A DNA stretch of 64,000 nucleotides from a methanogenic archaeon (lineage in GTDB: Archaea > Thermoplasmatota > Thermoplasmata > Methanomassiliicoccales > Methanomethylophilaceae), in NCBI GenBank assembly GCA_902763685.1, contig CACWTF010000001.1, positions 1,084 through 65,083 of the forward strand, given 5' to 3'. Positions within the stretch are counted from its first letter, which is position 1. Every line of letters starts with the position of its first letter. The position numbers and the translations under genes are program-made. Of the stretch, positions 55,749-64,000 are shown piece after piece. The notes under the pieces were generated by a model. The model was not told where the DNA came from. It saw only the letters and a list, made by a program, of their open reading frames with translations, and ran no database searches.

Positions 55749-57504
55749 ATGAACATGACAGATCCCAGTTCAATAAAGTACCAAGTCAAAGCGAAGATCA
55801 ACGCCGACGGAATCGTCGACAAACCAGATGTCGTCGGTGCCATTTTCGGACAGACCGAAGGTCTGCTCGGCGACAACCTCGACCTGAGGGACCTCCAGAA
55901 ATCCGGCAGGATAGGAAGGGTCGAGGTCGAGATCGTCTCCAAGGGCGGCAAGTCCGAGGGTATCATCTACATGTCCTCGTCCCTCGACCAGGTCGAGACC
56001 GCCATCATCGCCGCTACCCTGGAGACCATCGACCGCGTCGGTCCCTGCAAAGCCTCCATCAAAGTCATCGGCATCGAGGATATCCGCGTCACCAAGAGGG
56101 AGCAGATCGCCGAGCGTGCCAAGGAGCTCCTCGGAGCCCTCATGGAGCAGGCCAAGGGAAGCGGTTCCAACCTCACTCAGAACATCAGGGAGTCCCTGCA
56201 GGTGGAGGAGATCACCACCTACGGTAAGGAACGCTGCCCCGCGGGACCCACCGTCAAGAATTCCGAGGCTATCATCATCGTCGAGGGCAGGTCCGATGTC
56301 CTCAACCTCCTCAGGGCGGGCATCAAGAACGCCATCGCCGTGGAGGGAACCAACATCCCCAAGTCCGTCCAGGACCTCTCCAAGGAGAGGGTCACCACCG
56401 CCTTCGTCGACGGCGACAGGGGAGGAGAGCTCATCCTCAGGGAGCTCTTCCAGACCGCGGATATCGATTACGTCGCACGCGCTCCCCGTTCCCAGGAGGT
56501 CGAGGAGCTCTCCGCCAAACAGCTCGTCAAGTGCCTCAGGAACAAGATCCCCGGCGACCAGTACATGGAGATGAACAAGCTCTCCTTCGAGGAGAAGGAA
56601 CTCTCCGAGGATGCCGAGAACGACATGAGGGAGAGCAGGCGCAGCGAGGACTCCGACGAGGAACCCCGCTTCAGGATCAGGAAGGCCAACGACGATGACG
56701 AGGAGGATTCCCGCTTCAGCCGCAACAGGAGGGAGCGCCACACCCGCAGGAACGCGGAGGAGATGGCGGAGGAGGAAGGACGTTTCGGACGCAACAGGAG
56801 GGAACGCTTCAGCCGCAGGAACGCCGACGAGGATACCGAGGAAGAACCCCGCTCCGACAGACGCAGGGAACGCCACACCCGCAGGAACGCGGAGGAGATG
56901 GCGGAGGAACTCGAACCCCGCAGGAGGGAAAGGAGGGACAGGGAGTCCAGGCGTGTCGTCGAGGAGGAACCCGAATTCGCTGACGAGACCCCCGACACCG
57001 AATCCGTGATCACCGAGACCGAGAACGGCGACATCGTCGTCGAGGAAGTAGAGATCAAAGAGGAGGCCGCAGAAGAGGGAAGCACCTGCGGAAGAACCTG
57101 CAGCAGAGGAGCCTGTCGCGGAAGAGGCTCCCGCAGAGGAGGAAGCCCCCAAGAAGACCGTGAGGGCACCCCGCGGAAAGAAGGCCAAGGCCGAGAAGAT
57201 CCTCACCGAGGAGCAGGAGGCAATGAAGGCAGTACTCTCCGAGATCTCCGGTACCCGCAACTCCGTCCTCATGGACAGCGAAGGCAACACCCTCGACAAG
57301 GTCGAGGTGAAGAACCTTGCCAACTATCTCAAGGAGACCGACAAGGACAACATCGCCACCATCGTCTTCGACGGAGTCATCTCCCAGAACATCCTGGACA
57401 TCTCCTCCGGAAAAGGCATCAAGACCCTGGTCGGAAAGAACAAGGGCAAGATCTCCAAACTGCCCGCCGAGCTCACCGTATGGACCAGGACCGACCTCCT
57501 TTGA
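55749..57504 (+). CDS. dnaG: Archaeal DnaG primase (exosome-associated) with an apparent +1 frameshift at 57077-57079
   Basis: DVVGAIFGQTEGLLG, TOPRIM IIVEGRSDV and FVDGDRGG. The conserved C-terminus (IVFDGVISQ..) lies in the next frame (57160..57504 ORF). Confidence 0.9.
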
Positions 57505-57514
57505 GTGATATCAC

Positions 57515-59047
57515 ATGGCCGCACCGAAGAAAGTAAGAGTCAACGAGTGGGAGGACGTAGCCTCCCTGAAGCACACCGGTCAGGTGGAGATCCCCGCCGA
57601 CCCCCTCGACAGGGTCCTCGGACAGGAGGAGGCCATCAACCTGGCGAAGATCGCCGCAGTTCAGAGGAGGAACCTGCTCCTGGTGGGTCCCCCCGGAACC
57701 GGTAAGTCGATGATCGCCAGGGCCATCTCGATGAACCTCCCCAAGGCCACGCAGGAGATCCGCGTGGCACACAACCCCGAGAATCCCGAGAGGCCCTTCC
57801 TGAACATCCTCTCCGCCGAGGATGTGAGGTCCGAGGAGAACGCCGAGAGCGATGCCATAGGAACCCTCTACGACCCCAAGAACGTCCCCCCGAACATCTC
57901 CGAGCACCTCGGTTACAGATGCAAGGGATGCGGGGCAATCTCCAGCTTCAACGACCTCAACTGCCCCCAGTGCGGCAGGAGCAAGGTCGAGAGCGGAGGC
58001 AACACCAACAACCCGTTCGGCGTGAACATCATGGGCATCCTGCAGTCCACCGGGCTCACCCCCTCCATGACCGCAGGGAAGGAGAGGGTCAACACCGTCC
58101 GTATGAAGGACGACGGCTCCCAGGAGACCGTCGTGTTCGAGCGTGCCGGCGACAAGATCAGGATGCTCGACACCAAGGCCCTGGAGAAGAAGAACAAGCT
58201 CAGCAAGAAGTCCTCCTCCAAGACACTGGTGAAACTGGACCGCAACCCCTTCGTCCTTGCCACAGGGGCCTCCGAGACCGAACTCCTCGGCGACGTGAGG
58301 CACGACCCCTACGGCGGACACGACAAGATCGGGGTACCGGCTTACCAGAGGGTAATCCCCGGAGCCATCCACGAGGCACACGAGGGTGTGCTCTTCGTCG
58401 ATGAGATCTCCCACCTCGGATCCCTACAGAGGTACATCCTCACCGCCATGCAGGACAAGAAGTTCCCCATCACAGGAAGGAACCCCCAGTCCTCGGGAGC
58501 GAGTGTCAAGGTGGAGAACGTCCCCTGTGACTTCATCCTGGTCGCTGCATGCAACCTCCAGGACCTGGAGAACATCCTCTCGCCCCTCAGGTCGAGGATC
58601 ATCGGTAACGGATACGAGGTTCTGGTGGACGTGGCGATGCCCGACAACAGCCACAACCGTGCCAAGTACGCACAGTTCGTCGCACAGGAGATAGCCATGG
58701 ACGGCCACATCCCCCACGCCACCATCGAGGCCGTGGAGGAGATCATCGCCGAGGGAAGGAGACGTGCCAAGGCAGACGATCAGAACAACGCCCTCACCCT
58801 CAGGCTGAGGGAGCTCGGAGGTCTCATCAGGGCCGCCGGAGACATCGCCGTCATGGAGAAGAGCAAGTTCATCACCGCTGAACACGTGAAGCTCGCCAAG
58901 AAGAGGTCCGAGCCCGTGGAACAGCAGATCAAGGAACGCTACGGATCGTACCAGAAGGGTATGACCCACGACATCTCCGATGCCCAGAAGCAGAGGTCCG
59001 ATTACTATCTGCAGAACGAGCACATCGACGACACGATGTACAACTGA
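57515..59047 (+). CDS. Lon-like AAA+ ATPase (archaeal LonB-related) without protease domain
   Basis: RVLGQEEA, GPPGTGKS, ELLGDVRHDPY, AHEGVLFVDE, PLRSRI and a Zn ribbon CKGC..CPQC. No Ser-Lys protease domain or TM insert is visible. Confidence 0.8.
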   Translation: MAAPKKVRVNEWEDVASLKHTGQVEIPADPLDRVLGQEEAINLAKIAAVQRRNLLLVGPPGTGKSMIARAISMNLPKATQEIRVAHNPENPERPFLNILSAEDVRSEENAESDAIGTLYDPKNVPPNISEHLGYRCKGCGAISSFNDLNCPQCGRSKVESGGNTNNPFGVNIMGILQSTGLTPSMTAGKERVNTVRMKDDGSQETVVFERAGDKIRMLDTKALEKKNKLSKKSSSKTLVKLDRNPFVLATGASETELLGDVRHDPYGGHDKIGVPAYQRVIPGAIHEAHEGVLFVDEISHLGSLQRYILTAMQDKKFPITGRNPQSSGASVKVENVPCDFILVAACNLQDLENILSPLRSRIIGNGYEVLVDVAMPDNSHNRAKYAQFVAQEIAMDGHIPHATIEAVEEIIAEGRRRAKADDQNNALTLRLRELGGLIRAAGDIAVMEKSKFITAEHVKLAKKRSEPVEQQIKERYGSYQKGMTHDISDAQKQRSDYYLQNEHIDDTMYN

Positions 59048-59055
59048 AACTCATC

Positions 59056-59073
59056 TCCCGTCTTCGGACGGGA
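59056..59073. terminator. UUCG hairpin between convergent genes
   Basis: TCCCGTC-TTCG-GACGGGA followed by a T-tract. Confidence 0.65.
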
Positions 59074-59130
59074 TATCCCTTTTTCAGGAGATGGTCACGA
59101 CGTTGATCTGTTTCTTCAGGACGTTGACCA

Positions 59131-59685
59131 TCAGCTGTATTCCGCCGCGAGCTTGAACCATTTCATGGCCTCGAACTCGTTGACGGGGACGCCCTTGCCC
59201 TTGTGGAATGCCATCCCGATACTGAACTGGGCCTTGTTGAAACCGAGCTCGGCGGACTTCCTGAACCACTCCATGGATTTGGAATAATCCTGATCCACGC
59301 CGTGGCCGTCGCGGTAGAGGGTACCGATGTTGTACATGGCCTTGGCACTGCCCATCTCGGCCGCTTTGGTGTAGACCTCAAGGGCCTTGAGATAATCCTG
59401 GTCAACACCCTTCCCTCCCTCGTACATGACCCCGAGGTTGTAGGTTGCCTTCTGGCTCCCCTTCTCGGAAGCTTCGGAGAAATAACCGAATGCCTTGGGG
59501 AAGGACTGCTCGGCACCGCTGCCGTTGTAGTGCATGACACCCAGGTAATAGATCGCATCGACGGAACCGGCCTCTGCGGCCTTGGTGAAGAGATCGAAGG
59601 CTTGGGGCATCTTGGACTCGTCTTCAGAGTTGTAATATGCGAATCCTTCGTCGAAGAGTTCCTGAGCACCGGTTGCGTCTGCCAT
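59131..59685 (-). CDS. SEL1-like repeat protein
   Basis: Four repeats of AxYxLGxMYxxGxGVxQDxxKAxxWxxKAAExG. Confidence 0.92.
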   Translation of the reverse strand: MADATGAQELFDEGFAYYNSEDESKMPQAFDLFTKAAEAGSVDAIYYLGVMHYNGSGAEQSFPKAFGYFSEASEKGSQKATYNLGVMYEGGKGVDQDYLKALEVYTKAAEMGSAKAMYNIGTLYRDGHGVDQDYSKSMEWFRKSAELGFNKAQFSIGMAFHKGKGVPVNEFEAMKWFKLAAEYS

Positions 59686-59725
59686 GGATACACGAATGAG
59701 CGACGATTATTTTAGGATAATCTTC

Positions 59726-60181
59726 TCAATTGGATCTCACCGAACTGCCGGAGGATATCATCCTCACCCCTGCGGAACCGTCATTATAGAAATGTTCCAG
59801 CCTCTCGAAAACGGTGAAACCGTTACGGGTGTAGAACCTGATGGCGGAGGTATTGTTCTCCTTCACCTCTAACTGTATCATGCCGATGCCTTCCATCATG
59901 GCGGATTGCCTGAAACGGGCCAGCATCATACTGCCGATGCCCCTGGAACGGTATGCCGGATCGACGCAGAACAAGGAGACAGATGCACGTCTGTTACTCA
60001 ACCTGGCACCTGCGAGGTAACCGATGATCCTGCCGTTGAAATCGCAAGCGACTATCTGACCTGCCGGCCACTGCATGAGAAAATACTGGACCACTTCGGG
60101 AGCATAATACTCGTCGAGGGAGGCGGCCATCAGGGAATAAGCCCCATTGGCATCGTTCTCCCGCATGATCCTTATCTCCAT
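59726..60181 (-). CDS. GNAT N-acetyltransferase (RimI-like)
   Basis: FCVDPAYRSRGIGS, LEVKENNTSAIRFY..GF. Confidence 0.85.
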   Translation of the reverse strand: MEIRIMRENDANGAYSLMAASLDEYYAPEVVQYFLMQWPAGQIVACDFNGRIIGYLAGARLSNRRASVSLFCVDPAYRSRGIGSMMLARFRQSAMMEGIGMIQLEVKENNTSAIRFYTRNGFTVFERLEHFYNDGSAGVRMISSGSSVRSN

Positions 60182-60207
60182 GCAAAGGTGATAGCGGTTC
60201 GGATATA

Positions 60208-62187
60208 TCATCTGTACAGATTTCCTCTCGCTGCAGGCCTTTCCCTGCGGTGCAGAATCGCGACCGCGATCCCCGCGGCTAGTACCGAAACGGCTGCGAA
60301 AATATAGTCTGAAGTCAAATGTGCCAGATATCCATTTTCGTCACCATCTACGGTGTATGTCGCACTGCATGAATAATCGGTACCCGCGATGCTCACTGTC
60401 ACCGTGTAGGTGCCCGGCCCGGGAAGACGGAATAGGGTACGGTTCAGGAATCCGGTACGTATCGTACCGTTCCCGAGATCCCATTCGTACTCCGCACCAT
60501 CGGGACCATTGACCGACAGGACTAATACATCACCCTTCGAGGTCCCCACCCTCTCCATCTTCAGCTCCAGGCCGGTCTCTTCAAGTGTGTAATAGTTCAC
60601 ACCGAAGTCCCTGAGGAACAGTTCTGCGAAATAATCAGAGATCTCCTTCGATTCGATTATGACGGCACTCTCACGGTTACGGTAGAACGAATTGGCAGTC
60701 CAGTTCACAGACCCGATCCAGACCTTATCATCGCAGATGACACCTTTATTGTGCACCAATTGGAACTCTTCCCTGCCTGATATCCCTACGGCTTTAACGG
60801 AAGTGGAGCTGGAGACCTCGCTCACGACCTTTTCGTGCTCCTCGCCGTCGCTCTGCGAGGTATCGAGGACGAGTCTGCTGTCGGCACCGCGTTCAGCGGC
60901 AGCGTTCATCCATGCTATGGGCGTATCCCCGCTACGGCTCGAAAGCGAAGCGGCGAGATCCATCTGTTCGGCGAATACGCGTTCCTCCGCACCGTCAATC
61001 AGACCATGCATCGCAGCGAACGAATCGTCAGGGGAGAATACCGGGACCACGGAGGCCTCATACCAAGTCGATGCATTTTCGTAAGTACCGCATTCGGGCA
61101 ATTCCCCGAACGGACGGGCATTGGGATAGAGGAAATCGAATTCTTCCACATCTCCCCATTCCATGGAGAAATCGTTATCGAAAACCCTTTCGAAGTATCC
61201 TGCGAGTCCGGTACTGACTGCTATCGCCCCCCATCCGCGGTTCCCGGAGTCGCCTATGTTCCCTGTGGTCCAATTCTCGGAAGTGATGATTACACTTGAA
61301 TTGTCAATGACAGCATATTTACTGTGTACATACAAATAACGTACATTTTCCGAATCCTGGTGATTGATCAGCCTGACATGTCCCCCGGAATCACTGAGAG
61401 TTTTCATCAACGAGACCTCCTTGGAGATATCGGTACCCAACGGCGATCCTTCCACCAATACCCTCACGGAGACACCTTCGGACAGTTTCTTGCAGAGGAT
61501 CGAGATGATATCGGGGCTGCTGAGGAGATAGATGCAGATGTCGATCCTTGATTCAGCGGAGGAGAGTGCCGCAAGTATCGGTTCCCCGCGGGATTCAGGG
61601 AAGGAAAACGGATGGATTTTTGCATAAAATCCACTGTCTGGCACATCTAACTTTGTCCATCCGAACTTGGTCTGCTTCCAGTCCTCGGAAGAATCACTAT
61701 CGGCACAATCTCTACGCAACAGATAATATCCCGAGGAACATGGGGCAGGTTCCCCGAGCCAGCCTTCCGTACCCTTCGATTTTCCCCAGCATACGCTATC
61801 GATTTGGGCATCACCGTCGTATAACTGCAGTTCGTCCCCAGAATCGGCCAGAAGGAGGTTCCCGGATCTGCTGAGACGTGTATCGGTGTAAGCGATCGCA
61901 TGTTCCGGCGAATCCCTGCCTGTGAAGGTCAGTGATCCCCCGGAAGGTATGGTAAGGCTTCTGATCACGGTCAGGATGCCTTCGCCGTCGGTGATCCTGA
62001 ATCCTTTCAGATCTACATCGAAAGAGGCACCGTTGCTCAGGACGAAGTACTCATCCTTGGGGTGGACCTCGGTTATCAATACCGTGTCCGAAGCCGCATC
62101 GGACGAATCCGAAAAAACCGGTATCTGGCACAGTAGGAAAACGGCAGCGGTTGCGAACAGGATTTTAACGTTCTTGGAGAACGGCAT
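60208..62187 (-). CDS. Secreted/anchored phospholipase D-superfamily protein (lamin-tail-like N-terminus, 2x HKD, PKD-like domain, C-terminal TM)
   Basis: LITEVHP, HSKYAVID..SENW, HNKGVICD..GSVNW, YEWDLGNG..PGTYTVTV. Confidence 0.85.
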   Translation of the reverse strand: MPFSKNVKILFATAAVFLLCQIPVFSDSSDAASDTVLITEVHPKDEYFVLSNGASFDVDLKGFRITDGEGILTVIRSLTIPSGGSLTFTGRDSPEHAIAYTDTRLSRSGNLLLADSGDELQLYDGDAQIDSVCWGKSKGTEGWLGEPAPCSSGYYLLRRDCADSDSSEDWKQTKFGWTKLDVPDSGFYAKIHPFSFPESRGEPILAALSSAESRIDICIYLLSSPDIISILCKKLSEGVSVRVLVEGSPLGTDISKEVSLMKTLSDSGGHVRLINHQDSENVRYLYVHSKYAVIDNSSVIITSENWTTGNIGDSGNRGWGAIAVSTGLAGYFERVFDNDFSMEWGDVEEFDFLYPNARPFGELPECGTYENASTWYEASVVPVFSPDDSFAAMHGLIDGAEERVFAEQMDLAASLSSRSGDTPIAWMNAAAERGADSRLVLDTSQSDGEEHEKVVSEVSSSTSVKAVGISGREEFQLVHNKGVICDDKVWIGSVNWTANSFYRNRESAVIIESKEISDYFAELFLRDFGVNYYTLEETGLELKMERVGTSKGDVLVLSVNGPDGAEYEWDLGNGTIRTGFLNRTLFRLPGPGTYTVTVSIAGTDYSCSATYTVDGDENGYLAHLTSDYIFAAVSVLAAGIAVAILHRRERPAARGNLYR

Positions 62188-62270
62188 ACGCCCGCTTCGC
62201 GTCAGGCGGATAAAAAGGAAGGGTGTACAGTTACAGGTTAGCCTCCCCGAAGGGAGGAAATGGAAATTGA

Positions 62271-62951
62271 TCAGAGGCCGCTGACGAGGTCCTCGAGCAC
62301 CGCACGGGGATCCTGTGCCTTCACGACACCGGATGCTAGCAATACGCCGTCTGCCCCGAGCGAGAGGGCTGCGGATACGTCTTTGCCGGTCTTCACACCC
62401 GCACCGCAGAGAACGCGGACATTGGGATTGACGGCCTTGACCGCCTGGACAGTGTCCCTGACGATGGAGGGATCAGCGGTTGTTACGGAGATGTCGCCTC
62501 CGATGAGTTCCGGAGGTTCTACCGCGATGTACTCGGGAGCGTACTCAGCCAAAGCCTTGGCATCCTCCACGGTGTTCGCACAGACGACGGTCACCAGACC
62601 GAGCTCGTGTGCCATGGCGACTGCCTGGCCGACAGTCTCGTTGGGTACCTTGTGCTCAGCGTGGTTGATGAGGGTCCCCTGGCATCCGCAGGCCTTGACC
62701 ATGGAGGGGGTGACCCATCCGGTGGCAGAACCGGGCTTGCGGGGGTCGATGTTCTGGGAGAGGACGGGGATATCCACCGCACCTGCCACGGCGGAGAGTT
62801 CCACCATGGGAGGGCAGGCGATGATCCGGGCACCGGTCTTCGATGCCACTTCCTCGCAGGCTTTGGCCAGGCCGACGGCTTTGGGACCGTCGACCTCGGC
62901 GTATGCCTTGAAGTTGACGATTACGACCTTGGATCCGAAATCACTCGACAT
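62271..62951 (-). CDS. tpiA: Triosephosphate isomerase (archaeal type)
   Basis: VNFKAY, LINHAE, AVEPPELIG, LCGAG, GVLLASG. Confidence 0.97.
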   Translation of the reverse strand: MSSDFGSKVVIVNFKAYAEVDGPKAVGLAKACEEVASKTGARIIACPPMVELSAVAGAVDIPVLSQNIDPRKPGSATGWVTPSMVKACGCQGTLINHAEHKVPNETVGQAVAMAHELGLVTVVCANTVEDAKALAEYAPEYIAVEPPELIGGDISVTTADPSIVRDTVQAVKAVNPNVRVLCGAGVKTGKDVSAALSLGADGVLLASGVVKAQDPRAVLEDLVSGL

Positions 62952-64000
62952 CGGACTTGTCCTTCTTGGAGCAGCAGCACTTGCTGTCGTCATCCTTGGG
63001 GGACACGAACCTCTTCTTGAGGTCCTCGAGGACTGCGGGCCTGGAGGTGTACTCCATCTCATCGGCACCGAGGATGGAAGGCATGAAGGGTCCCTGACGC
63101 CTCATCATGACGGATGCCTTGATGGCGTTCTGGCGAGCGAGGTCCCAGGTGTTGCTTCCGAAGATGTCGACGGGCTTGTGCTCTCCGCCCTTGACTCCGG
63201 GTGCCTCGAGGCCCTGGAGCTTTCCTTCGCAGAGCTGGAATCCGAGACAGCAGATTCTCGGGGGCCCGTCGTAGTAAACAGGGTTGGAGTCCTCGGGGCT
63301 GCAGGGGTACATGGCTCCGATGTGGCTTCCCCTCATCCATCCGGCTGCGAGGAAGACATTCTGGAAGACCTGGGTGTACTCTCCGACGGAGGGGAATCCG
63401 GACTGGCACCTGCAGATGCAGACGGGGTCGTCCTTTCCTACGTAGGAACCTGCGGTCATGTTGAGCTTATCGGTGGAGACGACGGCTGCGGGGCCGAGGC
63501 CGGCGCGGCTGTAGACCCTCTTGATGGCGTACCTGTAGGTGTCGCCGAGCAGGGAGAGGATGCTGTAGGTCTCTTCGGGTGCGGACATGGTCACGAACTT
63601 GTTTTCGAGAACATCCTGGATCTCGACGTCGAATCCCTGTTTCGCCCTCTTGTCGATGACGAGACCGGTGGTGGTGAAGGGATCGAGGAAGATCCTGGAG
63701 AGGATGGGGGAGTATGCGGAGGGCTCGGTCTTGTCCGCCATGAAGAACAGAAGGGGCTCGGAAGGCCTCTCCTCGAAGGTCATCTCGGCGGAACCGGGTC
63801 CGGCTCCCTTGACGTTTCCGGAGAATGCGTCGGTCAGGAGGTCCTGTCCGGCGGCGTAGAGATGCATTGCCTTGGAGAGCTTGGTGGCCTCGGTGAAGCA
63901 CTCCCATGCGGCTCCGTGGATCTCGGAGTTGTTCTCTCCCTTGTAGTGGGTGAGGTAAAGGTTGATGTCGTCTCCGCAGCGGGTGACGTAGAAGTCCTCA
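62941..64000 (-). CDS. fbp: Fructose-1,6-bisphosphate aldolase/phosphatase (class V), 5' end outside the window
   Basis: YVTRCGDDI..TH, LYAAGQDLL..FSGNVKG, MADKTEP, YVGKDDP, WMRGSH, DGPPR. Confidence 0.96.
   Translation of the reverse strand, partial: EDFYVTRCGDDINLYLTHYKGENNSEIHGAAWECFTEATKLSKAMHLYAAGQDLLTDAFSGNVKGAGPGSAEMTFEERPSEPLLFFMADKTEPSAYSPILSRIFLDPFTTTGLVIDKRAKQGFDVEIQDVLENKFVTMSAPEETYSILSLLGDTYRYAIKRVYSRAGLGPAAVVSTDKLNMTAGSYVGKDDPVCICRCQSGFPSVGEYTQVFQNVFLAAGWMRGSHIGAMYPCSPEDSNPVYYDGPPRICCLGFQLCEGKLQGLEAPGVKGGEHKPVDIFGSNTWDLARQNAIKASVMMRRQGPFMPSILGADEMEYTSRPAVLEDLKKRFVSPKDDDSKCCCSKKDKSDVE

Noticed and set aside
57080-57536. C-terminal extension of the 595-aa DnaG ORF (GSTCGRTCSRG...)
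   Set aside because: It is out-of-frame read-through after the extra G; the true C-terminus is in the 57160..57504 frame.

Overview
This window is GC-rich archaeal chromosome, most likely from a Methanomassiliicoccales methanogen (Methanomethylophilaceae-like). That placement is inferred from the archaeal TpiA, class V FBP aldolase/phosphatase, archaeal DnaG, BspA-type adhesins and apparent avoidance of TAG stop codons. The left half (1.4-31.4 kb) is an accessory block bounded by two identical 20-bp sites. It holds a solo tnpB with an intact RuvC triad and a structured omega-RNA-like 3' region. It also holds a tightly packed minus-strand operon: 4-TM protein, 975-aa surface protein, AbrB-like/2-TM protein, McrB-like GTPase with no DNA-binding domain, McrC-like protein with a degenerate nuclease motif, and a 7055-aa BspA/LRR + InlB-B-repeat adhesin. 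The 20 nt directly after the TnpB RNA scaffold match exactly a site about 30 kb away that is preceded by TTAAT and lies upstream of this operon; this is the main finding. The right half is mostly housekeeping: Fe-S proteins, dapB, tRNA-Thr(UGU), a D-2-hydroxyacid dehydrogenase, AddAB-like helicase-nuclease, P-type ATPase, two DEDDh-fold paralogues (one apparently dead), a ThiS-like protein, two cobQ-like genes, an Mre11/Rad50(YhaO/YhaN)-like pair, dnaG (frameshifted), a Lon-like ATPase, a PLD-family protein, tpiA and fbp. A small Rpn-like ORF absent from the ORF track carries an in-frame TAG that may be read as pyrrolysine. All calls come from motif reading only; no database searches were run. 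Most long ORFs antisense to real genes are shadows of high GC at third codon positions.
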